Origin: an uncultured Arcobacter sp.
Lineage (GTDB): Bacteria; Campylobacterota; Campylobacteria; Campylobacterales; Arcobacteraceae
NCBI GenBank assembly: GCA_965140705.1
Contig: OZ223302.1
Span: 448,001-512,000 of the forward strand
Direction of reading: 5' to 3'
Length of the DNA stretch: 64,000 bases
Each line of letters begins with the position of its first letter. Position 1 is the stretch's first letter. Below are positions 62,819 through 64,000 of the stretch, in pieces. The position numbers were made by a program, and so were the translations under genes. The notes below the pieces were generated by a model. It worked only from the letters and a program-made list of their open reading frames with translations, ran no database searches and was not told where the DNA came from.

Positions 62819-63834
62819 TAAACTTTTTTTACAGTTAACTTATAAATAAAATATGACATAATTGTCCAAAAAACAATTATTGAAGGAATTGACAAAAGGC
62901 CAATTGATTTAGTTAAGGGATCAGAAATTAAATAATACATTACAACACTAATAACGGCATATGCAACTGATCTATTCTTTTCATATCTTGGATTAAAATA
63001 TCCAAAAGCAACCACCAAATAAATAGAAATAAATGGAAAAATTGAAGTTAAAACATAAAAAGAAAATTTTGCAACATCACCATCACTATTAACTCTTTGT
63101 TTCCAATACTCATATGCATTTGTAAAAGGAGTAAGTTCTGAATCACTTAAGGTATCATTTATATGCATAACTTTATAATCTATTTGATTGATTTTATTTT
63201 TTTCAAAATAGAAAGTTTTACCATCTTTTAAAACAAAACTCAAATCTCCTAAATCGTTATTTAATCTTGCATTTTTAGCAATAATAAATTGATCTGTACC
63301 TTTGTTCTCTGTTTTAAATAGTTTAACTTCTTCATAAAGTTTATCATCTTTTTTACTTATGTAGATAAGCCAATCACCAAATTTTTGTCCAAATTCTGAG
63401 GCTTTTATATTAAAATTTGCTTCTTTTGTTTTTTGATTTATCATCTCTTCAGATAGATATTTTGTTTTGGGAATTAATCCTATTGAAAGAATAAGTAAAG
63501 ACAAAGAGATAAGAAAAGTAATAGGTAAAAATATTTTCAAAATATTTGAGGGATTTAAACCAAAAGAGGTCACAACTATCAGCTCATATTCACTAGATAA
63601 TTTAGATAAAGTAATTACCATAGCTACAAAAAAAGATATGGGCATAGTATAAAAAATAATATTAGGTAAATTATATGAATACAAAGTACCAAGTTCAAAT
63701 ATATTTAAGGTAATAACAGATGTTATAGAGGCTATTCTTACTAAAAAAATAATTGAGGTAATAAAAAAAAGTACTAAAAATATAGGGAAAAATGTATTTG
63801 AAAATTGTGATAATAAATATTGTTTTAACTTCAC
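62815..63834 (-). CDS. LptF/LptG family LPS export permease
   Basis: PISFF...LSSEYELIVVTSFG; 6-TM plus periplasmic architecture. Confidence 0.88.
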   Translation of the reverse strand: MKLKQYLLSQFSNTFFPIFLVLFFITSIIFLVRIASITSVITLNIFELGTLYSYNLPNIIFYTMPISFFVAMVITLSKLSSEYELIVVTSFGLNPSNILKIFLPITFLISLSLLILSIGLIPKTKYLSEEMINQKTKEANFNIKASEFGQKFGDWLIYISKKDDKLYEEVKLFKTENKGTDQFIIAKNARLNNDLGDLSFVLKDGKTFYFEKNKINQIDYKVMHINDTLSDSELTPFTNAYEYWKQRVNSDGDVAKFSFYVLTSIFPFISIYLVVAFGYFNPRYEKNRSVAYAVISVVMYYLISDPLTKSIGLLSIPSIIVFWTIMSYFIYKLTVKKVY

Positions 63835-64000
63835 AAAATAACCTTTGAAACTTGAAATATATACTCAACAAAAAAACCTAAAGACAAATATGGAATAAAG
63901 GCAGTTTGCTTTTCACTGTTTTTGATATTATTATAAATTGATGGAATTATAGCAAAAAGTGCTGCTAAAAATATAGCTACCATACCAGAAGTTAAACCTA
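63831..64000 (-). CDS. prepilin peptidase (A24) C-terminal fragment; runs off window end
   Basis: Manual translation ...GLTSGMVAIFLAALFAIIPS...TAFIPYLSLGFFVEYIFQVSKVIL*; AFIPYL resembles the PFGPFL motif; overlaps the lptF-like start. Confidence 0.65.
   Translation of the reverse strand, partial: GLTSGMVAIFLAALFAIIPSIYNNIKNSEKQTAFIPYLSLGFFVEYIFQVSKVIL

Overview
AT-rich bacterial chromosome segment, most likely Campylobacterota (Arcobacteraceae-like, inferred from gene content and order). It is mostly core genes: nhaA (partial), murC, dapC, tgt, gatC, class II DAHP synthase, tal, serB, ruvX, acpS, panC, rimO, tilS, a flagellar cluster, pyrC, a nitrogen cluster (2x amt, 2x P-II, glnD, a receiver-less NtrC/Fis-like regulator), dsbD, psd, mltA, hrcA-grpE-dnaK, truA and lptF. 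The main accessory element is a ~3.8 kb island upstream of hrcA. It carries a Septu-like ATPase/HNH pair with an MNT-HEPN toxin-antitoxin pair embedded between the two genes. One side has a ~515 bp bipartite inverted element whose two units conserve structure despite sequence change. The other side has a 124 bp ERIC-like palindrome fused to a gene whose 3' end has anomalous codon usage. Other notable signals: a TGTATA-N5-TATACA operator repeated three times in the nitrogen cluster, an adhesin-like tandem Ig insertion in FlgK, a TolC-kinase-binding protein triplet, and a DUF347/two-component/PAP2 module with a perfect 32 bp palindrome. No rRNA, tRNA, CRISPR array, transposase or integrase was recognised. 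All calls are by eye from motifs; no database searches were run.
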